A DNA stretch of 64,000 nt from Syntrophorhabdaceae bacterium (GTDB lineage: Bacteria > Desulfobacterota > Syntrophorhabdia > Syntrophorhabdales > Syntrophorhabdaceae): assembly GCA_963666485.2 (NCBI GenBank), contig CAXXUO010000002.1, positions 1 to 64,000 of the forward strand, given 5' to 3'. This document shows, in pieces, positions 1 to 8,744 of the stretch. The notes below the pieces were generated by a model. That model was given only the letters and a program-made list of their open reading frames with translations. It did no database searches and was not told the DNA's origin. The position numbers and the translations under genes were made by a program. Position 1 is the stretch's first letter, and each line of letters begins with the position of its first letter.

Positions 1-240
1 ATTCCGGCCTGGTCCAACGAATATTCCATTATCCTGAAGGATTCCGCAGTAACATATGCCCTGGGAGTAACTGAAATCATGGCCCGCACCCATTTTGTGG
101 CGACCCGTACCTATGAACATATGCCCCTCTATATCGCAGCCGGTGTCATCTTTCTGATCCTGACTTCCCTCGGGATCAAGGGTCTGCGTCTCCTGGAAAC
201 CAGGGTTCGTATTCCCGGCTATGCCCATCATGAATTGTGA
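1..240 (+). CDS. Polar amino acid ABC transporter permease, 3' part (runs off the window)
   Basis: Frame 1 reads IPAWSNEYSIILKDSAVTYALGVTEIM...LETRVRIPGYAHHEL-TGA, a HisM/GlnP-type C-terminus; lies directly upstream of the ATPase. Confidence 0.85.
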   Translation: MPAWSNEYSIILKDSAVTYALGVTEIMARTHFVATRTYEHMPLYIAAGVIFLILTSLGIKGLRLLETRVRIPGYAHHEL

Positions 241-247
241 GGCGTGC

Positions 248-1015
248 ATGAACGATCAAGCGGGTCCGATCCTCAGATGCGAAAATATCGAGAAGCGCTA
301 CGGCCGGAAAGAAATCCTGAAAGGCGTGTCCCTGTCCGTCAATCAGGGAGAGCTGAAAATCCTTATCGGGCCATCCGGGGCCGGCAAGAGCACCCTGCTG
401 CAGTGTATCAATTTTCTGGTCAGGCCGGAAAAGGGGAGGATCTGGCTCGACGGTTCCGAGGTCAGGAGCCACCATAAGAAGGATCTCCAGTCCTACCGGC
501 AGAAGGTCGGGATGATTTTTCAGGATTTCAATCTCTTCGACCACTTGACGGCGTTGCGCAACGTGGCTATCGCCCTGGAAAAAGTCAAAGGCTTACATAA
601 GGAAGAAGCGCACCGGAAGGCTATGGCGGAACTGGAAAGGGTAGGCCTCAAGGACCATGCCGACAAGTATCCGGCTCAGCTTTCCGGGGGGCAGAAGCAG
701 AGGGTGTCCATTGCCCGCGCCCTGGCCATGGAACCCAAGGTGATGCTGCTCGATGAACCGACTTCCGCGCTGGACCCTGAATTGATCGGCGAGGTGCAGG
801 CCGTCATCCGCGATCTGGTCGGCGGCGGCATGACCATGATCATGGCGACGCATCAGATTGCTTTTGCAAGCTCGCTGGCCCACGAGATCATTTTTATGGA
901 GGATGGTCTCATCGTCGAGTCCGGACCGCCCGCCAAGATCTTCTCTGCGGCCGATTGCAGCCGCACCAGGGAGTTCTGTTCGAAAATAACGGACCTTTAC
1001 GGGGAGGGCCGTTGA
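248..1015 (+). CDS. Polar amino acid ABC transporter ATP-binding protein (GlnQ-like)
   Basis: Walker A GPSGAGKST, signature LSGGQKQRV, Walker B/D-loop LLDEPTSALDPE. Confidence 0.95.
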   Translation: MNDQAGPILRCENIEKRYGRKEILKGVSLSVNQGELKILIGPSGAGKSTLLQCINFLVRPEKGRIWLDGSEVRSHHKKDLQSYRQKVGMIFQDFNLFDHLTALRNVAIALEKVKGLHKEEAHRKAMAELERVGLKDHADKYPAQLSGGQKQRVSIARALAMEPKVMLLDEPTSALDPELIGEVQAVIRDLVGGGMTMIMATHQIAFASSLAHEIIFMEDGLIVESGPPAKIFSAADCSRTREFCSKITDLYGEGR

Positions 1016-1689
1016 TGGAAGAGTGGATCTATATTCAGCATGACGTTATCCCGGCCTTAACGCGCGGTTTTCTGGTCAGTGTGCAGCTTATTGTTCCGTC
1101 GGCGCTCTGCGGTCTGGCCATCGGCGTCGTCGTGGGCATCCTCCGGGTCTACGGAAGCTATGCGGGTTCTCTCTTTGCGAATGCGTATGTTGCGGTATTC
1201 CGCGGTATTCCCCTTGTTGTTCAGTTATTCGTCTGGTATTTCGGACTGCCGTACTGGAACCTATATATGGAGCCGTTTACCGCCTCGGTCCTCGGTTTCT
1301 CCCTGTGCAGCGGGGCCTATCATTCGGAGTACATCCGGGGTGCGCTCCTTTCCATAAAGAGAGGACAGATGCTGGCCGCCCAGTCCCTCGGCTTCACCAA
1401 GATGCAGATGATCTTCGCCGTCATCCTGCCCCAGGCGTTACGACGCGCTTTACCCGGTTGCGGCAACGAGATCATCTACCTCATCAAATATTCGTCCCTC
1501 GCCTATATGATCACATGCGTCGAGTTGACGGGCGAAGGCAAAATCCTGGCGTCGGATTCCTTCAAGTATACGGAGATATTCCTGATCATCGGCGTATGTT
1601 ACCTGGTCATGACTTCGGTTGCGACCGCGGGGCTCCACTACTTGGAATCGCGCATTCGTCTGCCCGGTTTCGAATATCGCAGGGTCTGA
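1015..1689 (+). CDS. Polar amino acid ABC transporter permease
   Basis: FRGIPLVVQLF motif, EAA-like loop (SEYIRGALLSIKRGQMLAAQSLG), TGATG overlap with upstream gene. Confidence 0.93.
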   Translation: MEEWIYIQHDVIPALTRGFLVSVQLIVPSALCGLAIGVVVGILRVYGSYAGSLFANAYVAVFRGIPLVVQLFVWYFGLPYWNLYMEPFTASVLGFSLCSGAYHSEYIRGALLSIKRGQMLAAQSLGFTKMQMIFAVILPQALRRALPGCGNEIIYLIKYSSLAYMITCVELTGEGKILASDSFKYTEIFLIIGVCYLVMTSVATAGLHYLESRIRLPGFEYRRV

Positions 1690-1690
1690 C

Positions 1691-2089
1691 ATGACGACTT
1701 ATCAATCCCTCACTCCTGAAATCGTTGAAGAAATTCGGAACACGCTCGGTGCGGGCGCGGTCCTTGTCGCGCGCGACAAGCTGGCCGACTACGGAAAAGA
1801 CGCCACGACGATCATTCCTCTTGCTCCACCGGAACTTGTCGTGGAGGCGACCGCAGTCGAACAGGTCCAAACGCTTCTGCGACTTGCCGGCAGGCATCGA
1901 TTTGCCGTCACGCCGCGGGGGCAGGGAACAGGGCTTGCGGGAGGTGCCGTTCCTGTTCGAGGCGGCGTGGTCCTGTCGCTGGCCAGGATGAACCGGATTC
2001 TGGCCATTGAAAAAGAGAACATGATCGCGATTGCCGAACCGGGGGTGATCAATCAGGACCTGAAAAACGCGGTAGCGCCGTACGGCCTT
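1691..2089 (+). pseudogene. Truncated FAD-linked oxidase (GlcD/D-lactate dehydrogenase-like) N-terminus, fused in frame to an unrelated ORF
   Basis: FAD_binding_4 motifs TPRGQGTGLAGGAVP, VVLSLARMNRI, AEPGVIN; homology stops at 'APYGL', where a FYPPDP-type motif would follow. Confidence 0.75.
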
Positions 2090-2833
2090 ACGCGAAACAT
2101 TGTCTGGCCGAAACTTTCAGCGATCATATTTATCATGATCTGCTTATTTCTTATACCGTATGCTTCAGAGGCAAAACGGGTCAAGCCGCTTCATACGGGT
2201 AAGGACGTCAGGGGACTGACGTTTGAGGACTTCTGGACGAAGGCACGTGAAGCGACCGCGAAATGGGGCGGATCACATTTAAGGGTGCGAAGGATCGTGT
2301 CCCTTCCCGTGGTCGGTTTTGACGGCCGCAACGGCCGTTCCCCCGCGTGGGAGGCCCAATTCGTACGGTGCGATAAACTGCAGCAGGCCGCGGGCGACGA
2401 AGAACATACGCCCGCCGCAAAGACATGCAAGGGAAGGACCATGACGGTCCGCCTCATCGAGACGGGTGTCACCGGCGCATCGACGGGATTGCAGGTCTCG
2501 AAAGAAACGCCTTTTCGCGGCGCCGCCGTTCCGATCGAACGGATAAAGATCAGCCTGCAGAGGGCTGAGGATATCGCTAATTCATACCGGCAATACAATC
2601 CCGTGGAAACAGACACATACGCCTACGAGCTGAAATACGACCAGCGCAGGGACAAGCCGGTCTGGGCCATCAAGAGGACGTGCGGATATAAAGGTAAAGC
2701 CGAAGGCCGCTGCACCCCGGGAGATTTCTGGATCGTGAAGGTCGACGCCGAATCCGGCGAGGTGATAAAGCCGGATAAAAAAGCCAGGCCGCCGCGCGCT
2801 GACAGGATCGATGACGAAGATGACGATGAATGA
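2090..2833 (+). CDS. Secreted/membrane-anchored hypothetical protein with PepSY-like C-terminal motif (own start uncertain)
   Basis: Hydrophobic signal-like segment (SAIIFIMICLFLIPYASEA), C-terminal WIVKVDAESGEVI, acidic tail. Confidence 0.55.
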   Translation, partial: TRNIVWPKLSAIIFIMICLFLIPYASEAKRVKPLHTGKDVRGLTFEDFWTKAREATAKWGGSHLRVRRIVSLPVVGFDGRNGRSPAWEAQFVRCDKLQQAAGDEEHTPAAKTCKGRTMTVRLIETGVTGASTGLQVSKETPFRGAAVPIERIKISLQRAEDIANSYRQYNPVETDTYAYELKYDQRRDKPVWAIKRTCGYKGKAEGRCTPGDFWIVKVDAESGEVIKPDKKARPPRADRIDDEDDDE

Positions 2834-2886
2834 CGGGCAGAAGCGGCCCCACGAGGCCTCATGCCTGAAATGGAGATAGCTGCAAA

Positions 2887-3378
2887 GTGAAGATCTACCT
2901 CGAAGCACTCGCCAGGGAAGATGCTGCAGAGGTCATAGACATCTTCAATTACTACATAGAAAATTCGTTCGCTGCATATCCTGAAACCAAATTGCCGATC
3001 GAGTTCTTCGATATGCTTTTCTTGATGACCACGGGGTATCCCGCCCTTACGGCGCGAAACGATGACAAGGTCCTCATGGGTTTCGGCTTTTTGCGTCCCT
3101 ATAACCCGATGCCCACATTTATAAAGACCGCGGAGGTCACATATTTCGTCAGGCACGATTTTATCGGGAAAGGTGTCGGGAAAGCCCTCCACGATTACCT
3201 GCTGCGATTCGGAAAAGAAATGGGGTTGCACACCGTACTGGCAAACGTGTCGTCCCTCAATGAGGAAAGCATCAATTTCCATCTCCGCAACGGTTTCACC
3301 GAGTGCGGCCGCTTCAAAGAAGCCGGGGAAAAAAGGGGGAAGATGTTTGATATAGTGTATTTTCAGAAAATGCTGTAA
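2887..3378 (+). CDS. GNAT N-acetyltransferase (phosphinothricin acetyltransferase/YncA-like)
   Basis: IFNYYIENSFA, GKGVGKAL acetyl-CoA motif, NEESINFHLRNGF, ending DIVYFQKML. Confidence 0.9.
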   Translation: MKIYLEALAREDAAEVIDIFNYYIENSFAAYPETKLPIEFFDMLFLMTTGYPALTARNDDKVLMGFGFLRPYNPMPTFIKTAEVTYFVRHDFIGKGVGKALHDYLLRFGKEMGLHTVLANVSSLNEESINFHLRNGFTECGRFKEAGEKRGKMFDIVYFQKML

Positions 3379-3383
3379 AAAAA

Positions 3384-3469
3384 GTTCAAAGTTCAAGGTT
3401 CAAGGTTCAATGAAAAAAGTTCTGATTATTTTATCTTTTGCCTTGAACTTTGAACCTTGAACCTTGAAC
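3384..3469. repeat. Inverted heptamer-array element, GTTCAAG type (4+4 units)
   Basis: gttcaaa-gttcaag-gttcaag-gttcaat, 30-nt core, cttgaac-tttgaac-cttgaac-cttgaac; between convergent stop codons. Confidence 0.9.
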
Positions 3470-3475
3470 CATTTT

Positions 3476-5029
3476 TTACGGTTTGACGCTCATTTCAATC
3501 AAATGCGGTCCCGGTTCCTTTATTGAACGTGTTATGTGCTCTGCGAGCCGGGTCGCGTCTTCCACTTTTACGGCCGGCACGCCGAGGCTTTGCGAAAGGG
3601 ATACCCAGTCAATTACCGGGCGGTCGATGTCGACAAGACGGCGGGCGTTCTGCCCGAGATCTTTCAGGCCCGCCCGTTCAAGCTCGACCGCGATGATGTT
3701 GTAACCGCGGTTGTTACAGATCAAGGTCGTTACGTCGAGACCTTCCCGCGCCATCGTCCAGAGGGCCTGAACTGTGTACATGGCGCTCCCGTCCGCCTGG
3801 ATGTTTACGACGGGCCTGTCGGGGGCGGCAAATGCAGCCCCGGCGGCGCAGGGCAGCCCGTAACCTATCGATCCGCCTGCGATCGTCAGAAGGCTGTGCG
3901 GCGGGCTATCGTAGGAAGCGGAATAGAAAGGAAACGTGGTCGTTATGCCTTCATCAACGACGATCGCACCCTCGGGCAGGACAGCGGCAACCGTGGAACA
4001 GACTATTTCGGGCGTAAGGATGCCGGCCGGGACCGCGGGTTTCGACCGCCTGCTTTGCGTTGGCGCAGAAGGCGTATTTTTCCGTCTCCCGACCAGGTCG
4101 TTGAGGGATTCAAGGACCGCTATCACGTCATACCCCGTCCCCGGTATGGATATCGTGCGGGTCGCCGGGGGGATGACCCGGCTTGGCGTACCCTCGTATC
4201 CGAAGAAAGTGACGGGATCATGCGCCCCGACGAGTATGACCGACTCATAGCCCGACATCAATGCCATGGCCCCTTCCGGGAAGTACGGGACCCTCTTCAC
4301 GACAGGCAGTCCGTCTCCTCTTTCGATGTAACCCGGAAAGGTATTCGCGAGAAGGTCGCAGCCCGTTGCGGCGGATATCCTCTGCGCTATGAGAAGCCCG
4401 TCCCGCCGCAATGCGCGGTTCCCGAGAAGCATAGCGGTCTTCTTCCCCCCCGACAGGGCCGCAGCGGTCTTTTTGATCAGCGCCCTGTCTACGGTTTTGA
4501 ATGACGGTCCTTTCTTCACAATGCGGGAACCGGCGTCAGCCGATGCCTGAAAATCTGTAGGGACTATGAGGCTCGCTATCTGTCCCCTTTTGCTTGCCGC
4601 AATGACAGCCGCGGTATCCGCAGACAGGCCCCGGGCATGGCGGCTCGCTCTCATCCACCCTGACACTGTACGCGCGAGGGACCTGATATCCGAGTTCAGA
4701 GGAGGGTCTGCATCGCGGTGCCACGAGGCGTGTTCGCCGATCAGGTTGACAACGGGTGATTCAGCCCGCCGTGCATTGTGCAGGCACGCGATCCCGTTGG
4801 CAAAGCCGGGCCCCAGGTGGAGAAGTGCCATCGCAGGCCTGCAAAGCACACGCCCGTACCCGTCGGCAGCGCCCGTGCACACCCCCTCGAACAGACCGAG
4901 CACCGCCCGTATCCCCGGCTGCCTGTCAAGCGCTGCGACCACGGGTATCTCCGTCGTGCCCGCATTGGCAAAACAAATATCCACACCGTTCGCGACGGCA
5001 GTCTCAAGGATCACATCGGCACCGGTCAT
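3476..5029 (-). CDS. Thiamine-diphosphate enzyme, acetolactate synthase large subunit-like family (substrate unknown)
   Basis: CFANAGTTE, LFEGVCTGAADGY, LHLGPG, ThDP motif ADGSAMYT...CNN. Confidence 0.88.
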   Translation of the reverse strand: MTGADVILETAVANGVDICFANAGTTEIPVVAALDRQPGIRAVLGLFEGVCTGAADGYGRVLCRPAMALLHLGPGFANGIACLHNARRAESPVVNLIGEHASWHRDADPPLNSDIRSLARTVSGWMRASRHARGLSADTAAVIAASKRGQIASLIVPTDFQASADAGSRIVKKGPSFKTVDRALIKKTAAALSGGKKTAMLLGNRALRRDGLLIAQRISAATGCDLLANTFPGYIERGDGLPVVKRVPYFPEGAMALMSGYESVILVGAHDPVTFFGYEGTPSRVIPPATRTISIPGTGYDVIAVLESLNDLVGRRKNTPSAPTQSRRSKPAVPAGILTPEIVCSTVAAVLPEGAIVVDEGITTTFPFYSASYDSPPHSLLTIAGGSIGYGLPCAAGAAFAAPDRPVVNIQADGSAMYTVQALWTMAREGLDVTTLICNNRGYNIIAVELERAGLKDLGQNARRLVDIDRPVIDWVSLSQSLGVPAVKVEDATRLAEHITRSIKEPGPHLIEMSVKP

Positions 5030-5103
5030 CAGTCCTCCGAAATTAGTTTTCTTGAGTATACCAACACTCGCTCCCGAAGGTAAATCGGAAACCGCAATGT
5101 TTT

Positions 5104-5332
5104 CGTAAGGCGTAAGGCGTGAGTGCGTAAGGCGTCAAAAGCGAACACAATCATAAAAAGACACTGGATTCCGGCGAGCCGGAATGACGGCGTTTTTTGT
5201 GTTTAGTGGCTAAACAATCCTAACCGAAGAGGATACTGACTGACACCTTATTTTAATGCTTAAAAGTGTCGTGCATGATCGAGACCCTAACGCTTTTCCG
5301 TTAGCCGTACGCCGTACGCCCTACGCCTTACG
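5104..5332. repeat. Inverted heptamer-array element, CGTAAGG/CCTTACG type, enclosing one REP-like palindrome (5158-5189)
   Basis: cgtaagg x3 left; ccgtacg-ccgtacg-ccctacg-ccttacg right; aagacactggattccggcgagccggaatgacg inside. Confidence 0.85.
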
Positions 5333-5377
5333 GTCTTTCTTTACTCTTCCCACGCTTGCACCGTATAATAGAAAGCA

Positions 5378-7192
5378 ATGGACGAACGGGAAAAAGAATT
5401 GACGGCCGAACTCGAAGAGTGCAGGCAGAGGCTTGCCGATGAAAGGAGGTCCGGGGAGAAATACCGGAGCATCTTTGAGGAGGCGATCGAAGGAATATTC
5501 CAGACGAGCGCCGATGGCCGGTTTATCAACGCGAATCCGTCACTAGCGCGTATTCACGGGTATGATTCACCGCAAGATCTTATCGATGGCATCACAGACA
5601 TATCGAAACAGCTTTACGTCCATCCCGAAGACAGGATCAGGTTGATAGACAAGCTCAACGCACACGGTCCTGTGACGGATTTCGAGACGGAGATGTACGG
5701 TAAAGATGGCAGCATTCACTGGATCTCGATGAATATACGGGCAGTGCGGGATAAGGATAATAATGTCCGCTATTATGAAGGGACGATGCTCGACATCACG
5801 GAGAGAAAAAAAGCGGAGTTCTCCCTCTATGAGAGTGAGGAACGCTATCGTACAGCCATCGAGCACTCGAACGACGCGGTGGCGATCGTCAAAGGAAATA
5901 AGCACCAATATGTCAACCGGCGTTTTGTCGAGATGTTTGAGTACTCTTCCCCCGACGAGATAATCGGTCAGTCGGTCCTGACCATAATACATCCCGATGA
6001 CGTTGCCAAAGTAAGCGACATCAACCGGCGCAGGTTCAGCGGCGAACCCGTTCCCTCGCGTTACGAATTTAAGGCCGTTACAAAGGCCGGGAAGACCCTT
6101 TACGTCGAGGTTTCTGCTGCCAACATCCCGCTCGGGGACGAGACGAGCTACCTCATTTACCTCAGGGACGTTACGGAACGAAAGCATGCCGAAGAAGTCC
6201 TCATACAATCCCGCAACGCCCTGGAGAGCCTGAACCGCGCAAAAACGAAGGCGGTCAATCATATCTCGCACGAGTTGAGGACGCCCCTGTCCGTTATCCA
6301 GGGGAGCCTGAAATTGATCCGCAAAAAGCTCGAGCGGACATCGGAATACAACTCAATACGCGATCTGATGGAATCGCTCGAACGCAACCTTCAACGGCTG
6401 CTCGGCATATCCCGGGAAACGGACAAGATATTCCGCCTGTCGCAGGAACTCGAGGCAGTCATGCTCGTGGGCGACCTCGACCGGCTCTGGCAGAGAATGG
6501 AAAGTTTATCCGAGGTACCCAGGGATGTCCGGGAACACTGGAACGCGCTGCGCGGCTGGGTTGATCATTATTTCGAGACAAGCACGCAGTTCTTTCAATC
6601 CATTGACCTGTACACGTTCATTGTCTCGGTCGTCGAGCGCATAAAAAATAAATTGCCCCGCAGAAGCCTGGACATACGGGTCGACGGTGAACACAACCTG
6701 TTCATATCGATCGATCCCGAGATCCTTCGCGATATCGCCGAAGGACTCATCAAGAACGCAATAGAGAACACGCCCGATGGCGGGATGATCAGGATAGGCC
6801 TCGACCAGAAAGATGACAGGATCGCCCTTTCGGTAACAGATACGGGTATCGGCATCACGGAAGAGAACAAGAGATTTCTTCTCGACGGGCTTCATCATGC
6901 CAAGGAGACCGATCTATACTCGTCGAAACACCCCCTTGAATTCGGCGCCGGAGGAAAGGGGCTCGACCTTCTCCGGATGAAGTATTACGCCCTGCGGTTC
7001 GGGTTCGATATAACATTTGAAAGCAACCGCTGCATCTATATCCCGACCGACAAAGACGTCTGTCCCGGAGACATCTCCCGGTGCCCGTCTATCCGGGGTA
7101 AAGAGGAATGCTTTAATTCCGGCGGTTCGATTTTTACGGTCTCGTTCCCTGTCCGGAAAAGGTCGGCATCCCTCGACGACCCCTCCGTATGA
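5378..7192 (+). CDS. PAS-PAS sensor histidine kinase
   Basis: Two PAS/PAC repeats (DITERK, DVTERK), H-box ISHELRTPL, N-box LIKNAIEN, G1 DTGIGI, G2 GGKGLDL. Confidence 0.93.
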   Translation: MDEREKELTAELEECRQRLADERRSGEKYRSIFEEAIEGIFQTSADGRFINANPSLARIHGYDSPQDLIDGITDISKQLYVHPEDRIRLIDKLNAHGPVTDFETEMYGKDGSIHWISMNIRAVRDKDNNVRYYEGTMLDITERKKAEFSLYESEERYRTAIEHSNDAVAIVKGNKHQYVNRRFVEMFEYSSPDEIIGQSVLTIIHPDDVAKVSDINRRRFSGEPVPSRYEFKAVTKAGKTLYVEVSAANIPLGDETSYLIYLRDVTERKHAEEVLIQSRNALESLNRAKTKAVNHISHELRTPLSVIQGSLKLIRKKLERTSEYNSIRDLMESLERNLQRLLGISRETDKIFRLSQELEAVMLVGDLDRLWQRMESLSEVPRDVREHWNALRGWVDHYFETSTQFFQSIDLYTFIVSVVERIKNKLPRRSLDIRVDGEHNLFISIDPEILRDIAEGLIKNAIENTPDGGMIRIGLDQKDDRIALSVTDTGIGITEENKRFLLDGLHHAKETDLYSSKHPLEFGAGGKGLDLLRMKYYALRFGFDITFESNRCIYIPTDKDVCPGDISRCPSIRGKEECFNSGGSIFTVSFPVRKRSASLDDPSV

Positions 7193-8583
7193 GCCACCCT
7201 ATCGTCACCATTACCGATATCGCTATGCCGGGTAATGCCGGCGTGGCAAAGATCGATAATTTCGTGGTCTTTGTGCCCGGCGCGGTGCCGGGTGACAGGG
7301 TTGCCGTACGTATCGTAAAACGGGAAAAAAGGTTCGGTTACGCTGAACTCATCGCCGTCGAAGAGCCGTCCGCTCATCGGGTCGCCCCTGGCTGCCCTCA
7401 CTTCGGGCGTTGCGGCGGCTGCACGATGCAGTCGATGGCATACGCGAAGCAGCTCGAGATCAAGGACTCATACCTCAGGCAGGTCTTGAGAAGGATCGGG
7501 GGCCTCGACCTGTCTGCCGGCATATTTGAACCCATCACGCCTTCTCCCGACACCCTCTGGTACCGAAGCAAGATCGAGCTTTCTTTTGGAGACAACGAGA
7601 ACGGCCATGTTGCGGCGGGCATGCGCTCCGTGACATCATCCGCCGGCACCGATGCTCCTTCCATCGTTCCTGTCCCCGGATGCGTCATTTTCAGCCCGGT
7701 TTTGCATAAGATTATCGAAGCAGTTGAAGATTACGTGCATTCCGAAGGCCTGTTTCCCTATGATGACAGGAAGAAGAACGGTGCCCTGCGTCATCTCATC
7801 CTGAGGCAATCGAAGGCCGCCGGCAATTTCATGGCGATCCTCGAAACAAAAGGAACGGTGCCGCCGTCGATCAGCGAACTCTATTATGTCCTGAAACGGG
7901 CGGTACCCGACATGGCAGGACTTTACAGGACCGTCAATGATCGCGCCGGATCGTACATCGATTACAGCCGGATGCGTCATGAGGGCGGGGACCGCTATAT
8001 TGAAGAGCATCTCGCCGGCCTGAAATTCCGGGTCTATCCCGCGTCATTTTTCCAGCCGAACCCTTCCGGGGCATCATTGCTGTACGAGAGGATACGTGCA
8101 TTCACGTCGGGTAAACGATACGGGAACGTCCTTGGCCTTTACTGCGGCATGGCCCCCATAGAACTCGTGCTTGCCGCCAGTGCGTATCATGTCACAGGAG
8201 TCGACGCGGCAAGGGAGAACATTGAGAACGCCCGCGAGAATGCAATGCTCAACGGCATTGACAACTGCACCTTCATTGCGGGCAAGGTGGAAGATATAGT
8301 TCTTGACCGGGGGTTCAAAAAACCTGATCTCGTCGTGGTCGACCCGCCGAGGAGCGGGATAACGCCCCGGGGGATCGACATCATAACGAAGCTCAGGCCC
8401 GCAACCCTCATCTATGTTTCGTGCAACCCCGCAACCCTCGCCCGCGACATGAAGCGTCTCGTATCGAAAGGATATTTTCCCGAGCGGATAGCGCCGTTCG
8501 ACCTCTTTCCGCACACGTCGCACCTCGAAACCTTAGTCATACTAAAGACGGTTCCACGTTCCAGGTTCCACGTTCCACGCTAA
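7189..8583 (+). CDS. rlmD: 23S rRNA m5U1939 methyltransferase
   Basis: TRAM domain, CPHFGRCGGC Fe-S motif, SFFQPN, VDPPRSG, YVSCNPATLARD, DLFPHTSHLE. Confidence 0.92.
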   Translation: MSHPIVTITDIAMPGNAGVAKIDNFVVFVPGAVPGDRVAVRIVKREKRFGYAELIAVEEPSAHRVAPGCPHFGRCGGCTMQSMAYAKQLEIKDSYLRQVLRRIGGLDLSAGIFEPITPSPDTLWYRSKIELSFGDNENGHVAAGMRSVTSSAGTDAPSIVPVPGCVIFSPVLHKIIEAVEDYVHSEGLFPYDDRKKNGALRHLILRQSKAAGNFMAILETKGTVPPSISELYYVLKRAVPDMAGLYRTVNDRAGSYIDYSRMRHEGGDRYIEEHLAGLKFRVYPASFFQPNPSGASLLYERIRAFTSGKRYGNVLGLYCGMAPIELVLAASAYHVTGVDAARENIENARENAMLNGIDNCTFIAGKVEDIVLDRGFKKPDLVVVDPPRSGITPRGIDIITKLRPATLIYVSCNPATLARDMKRLVSKGYFPERIAPFDLFPHTSHLETLVILKTVPRSRFHVPR

Positions 8584-8678
8584 AAAACCCCATCTTCAAG
8601 CTTAGGCTTCAATTTGAAAGCGTCAAACGTTGAACGTTCAATTCTTAACGTGGAACGTGGAACCTGGAACGTGGAACC
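8550..8678. repeat. Inverted heptamer-array element, GTTCCAC type; perfect 30-bp arms
   Basis: 8550-8579 is the exact reverse complement of 8649-8678; left arm lies inside the rlmD 3' end. Confidence 0.92.
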
Positions 8679-8694
8679 TGCTTCTTGCCCCTGA

Positions 8695-8723
8695 TTGCCT
8701 GACGCATTATCTCTTAGTATAAT
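8695..8723 (+). promoter_or_regulatory. Putative sigma-70 promoter
   Basis: TTGCCT-17 nt-TATAAT, followed by GGAGG and ATG at 8745. Confidence 0.6.
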
Positions 8724-8744
8724 AGGCTATAATCGGAGGTGCAC

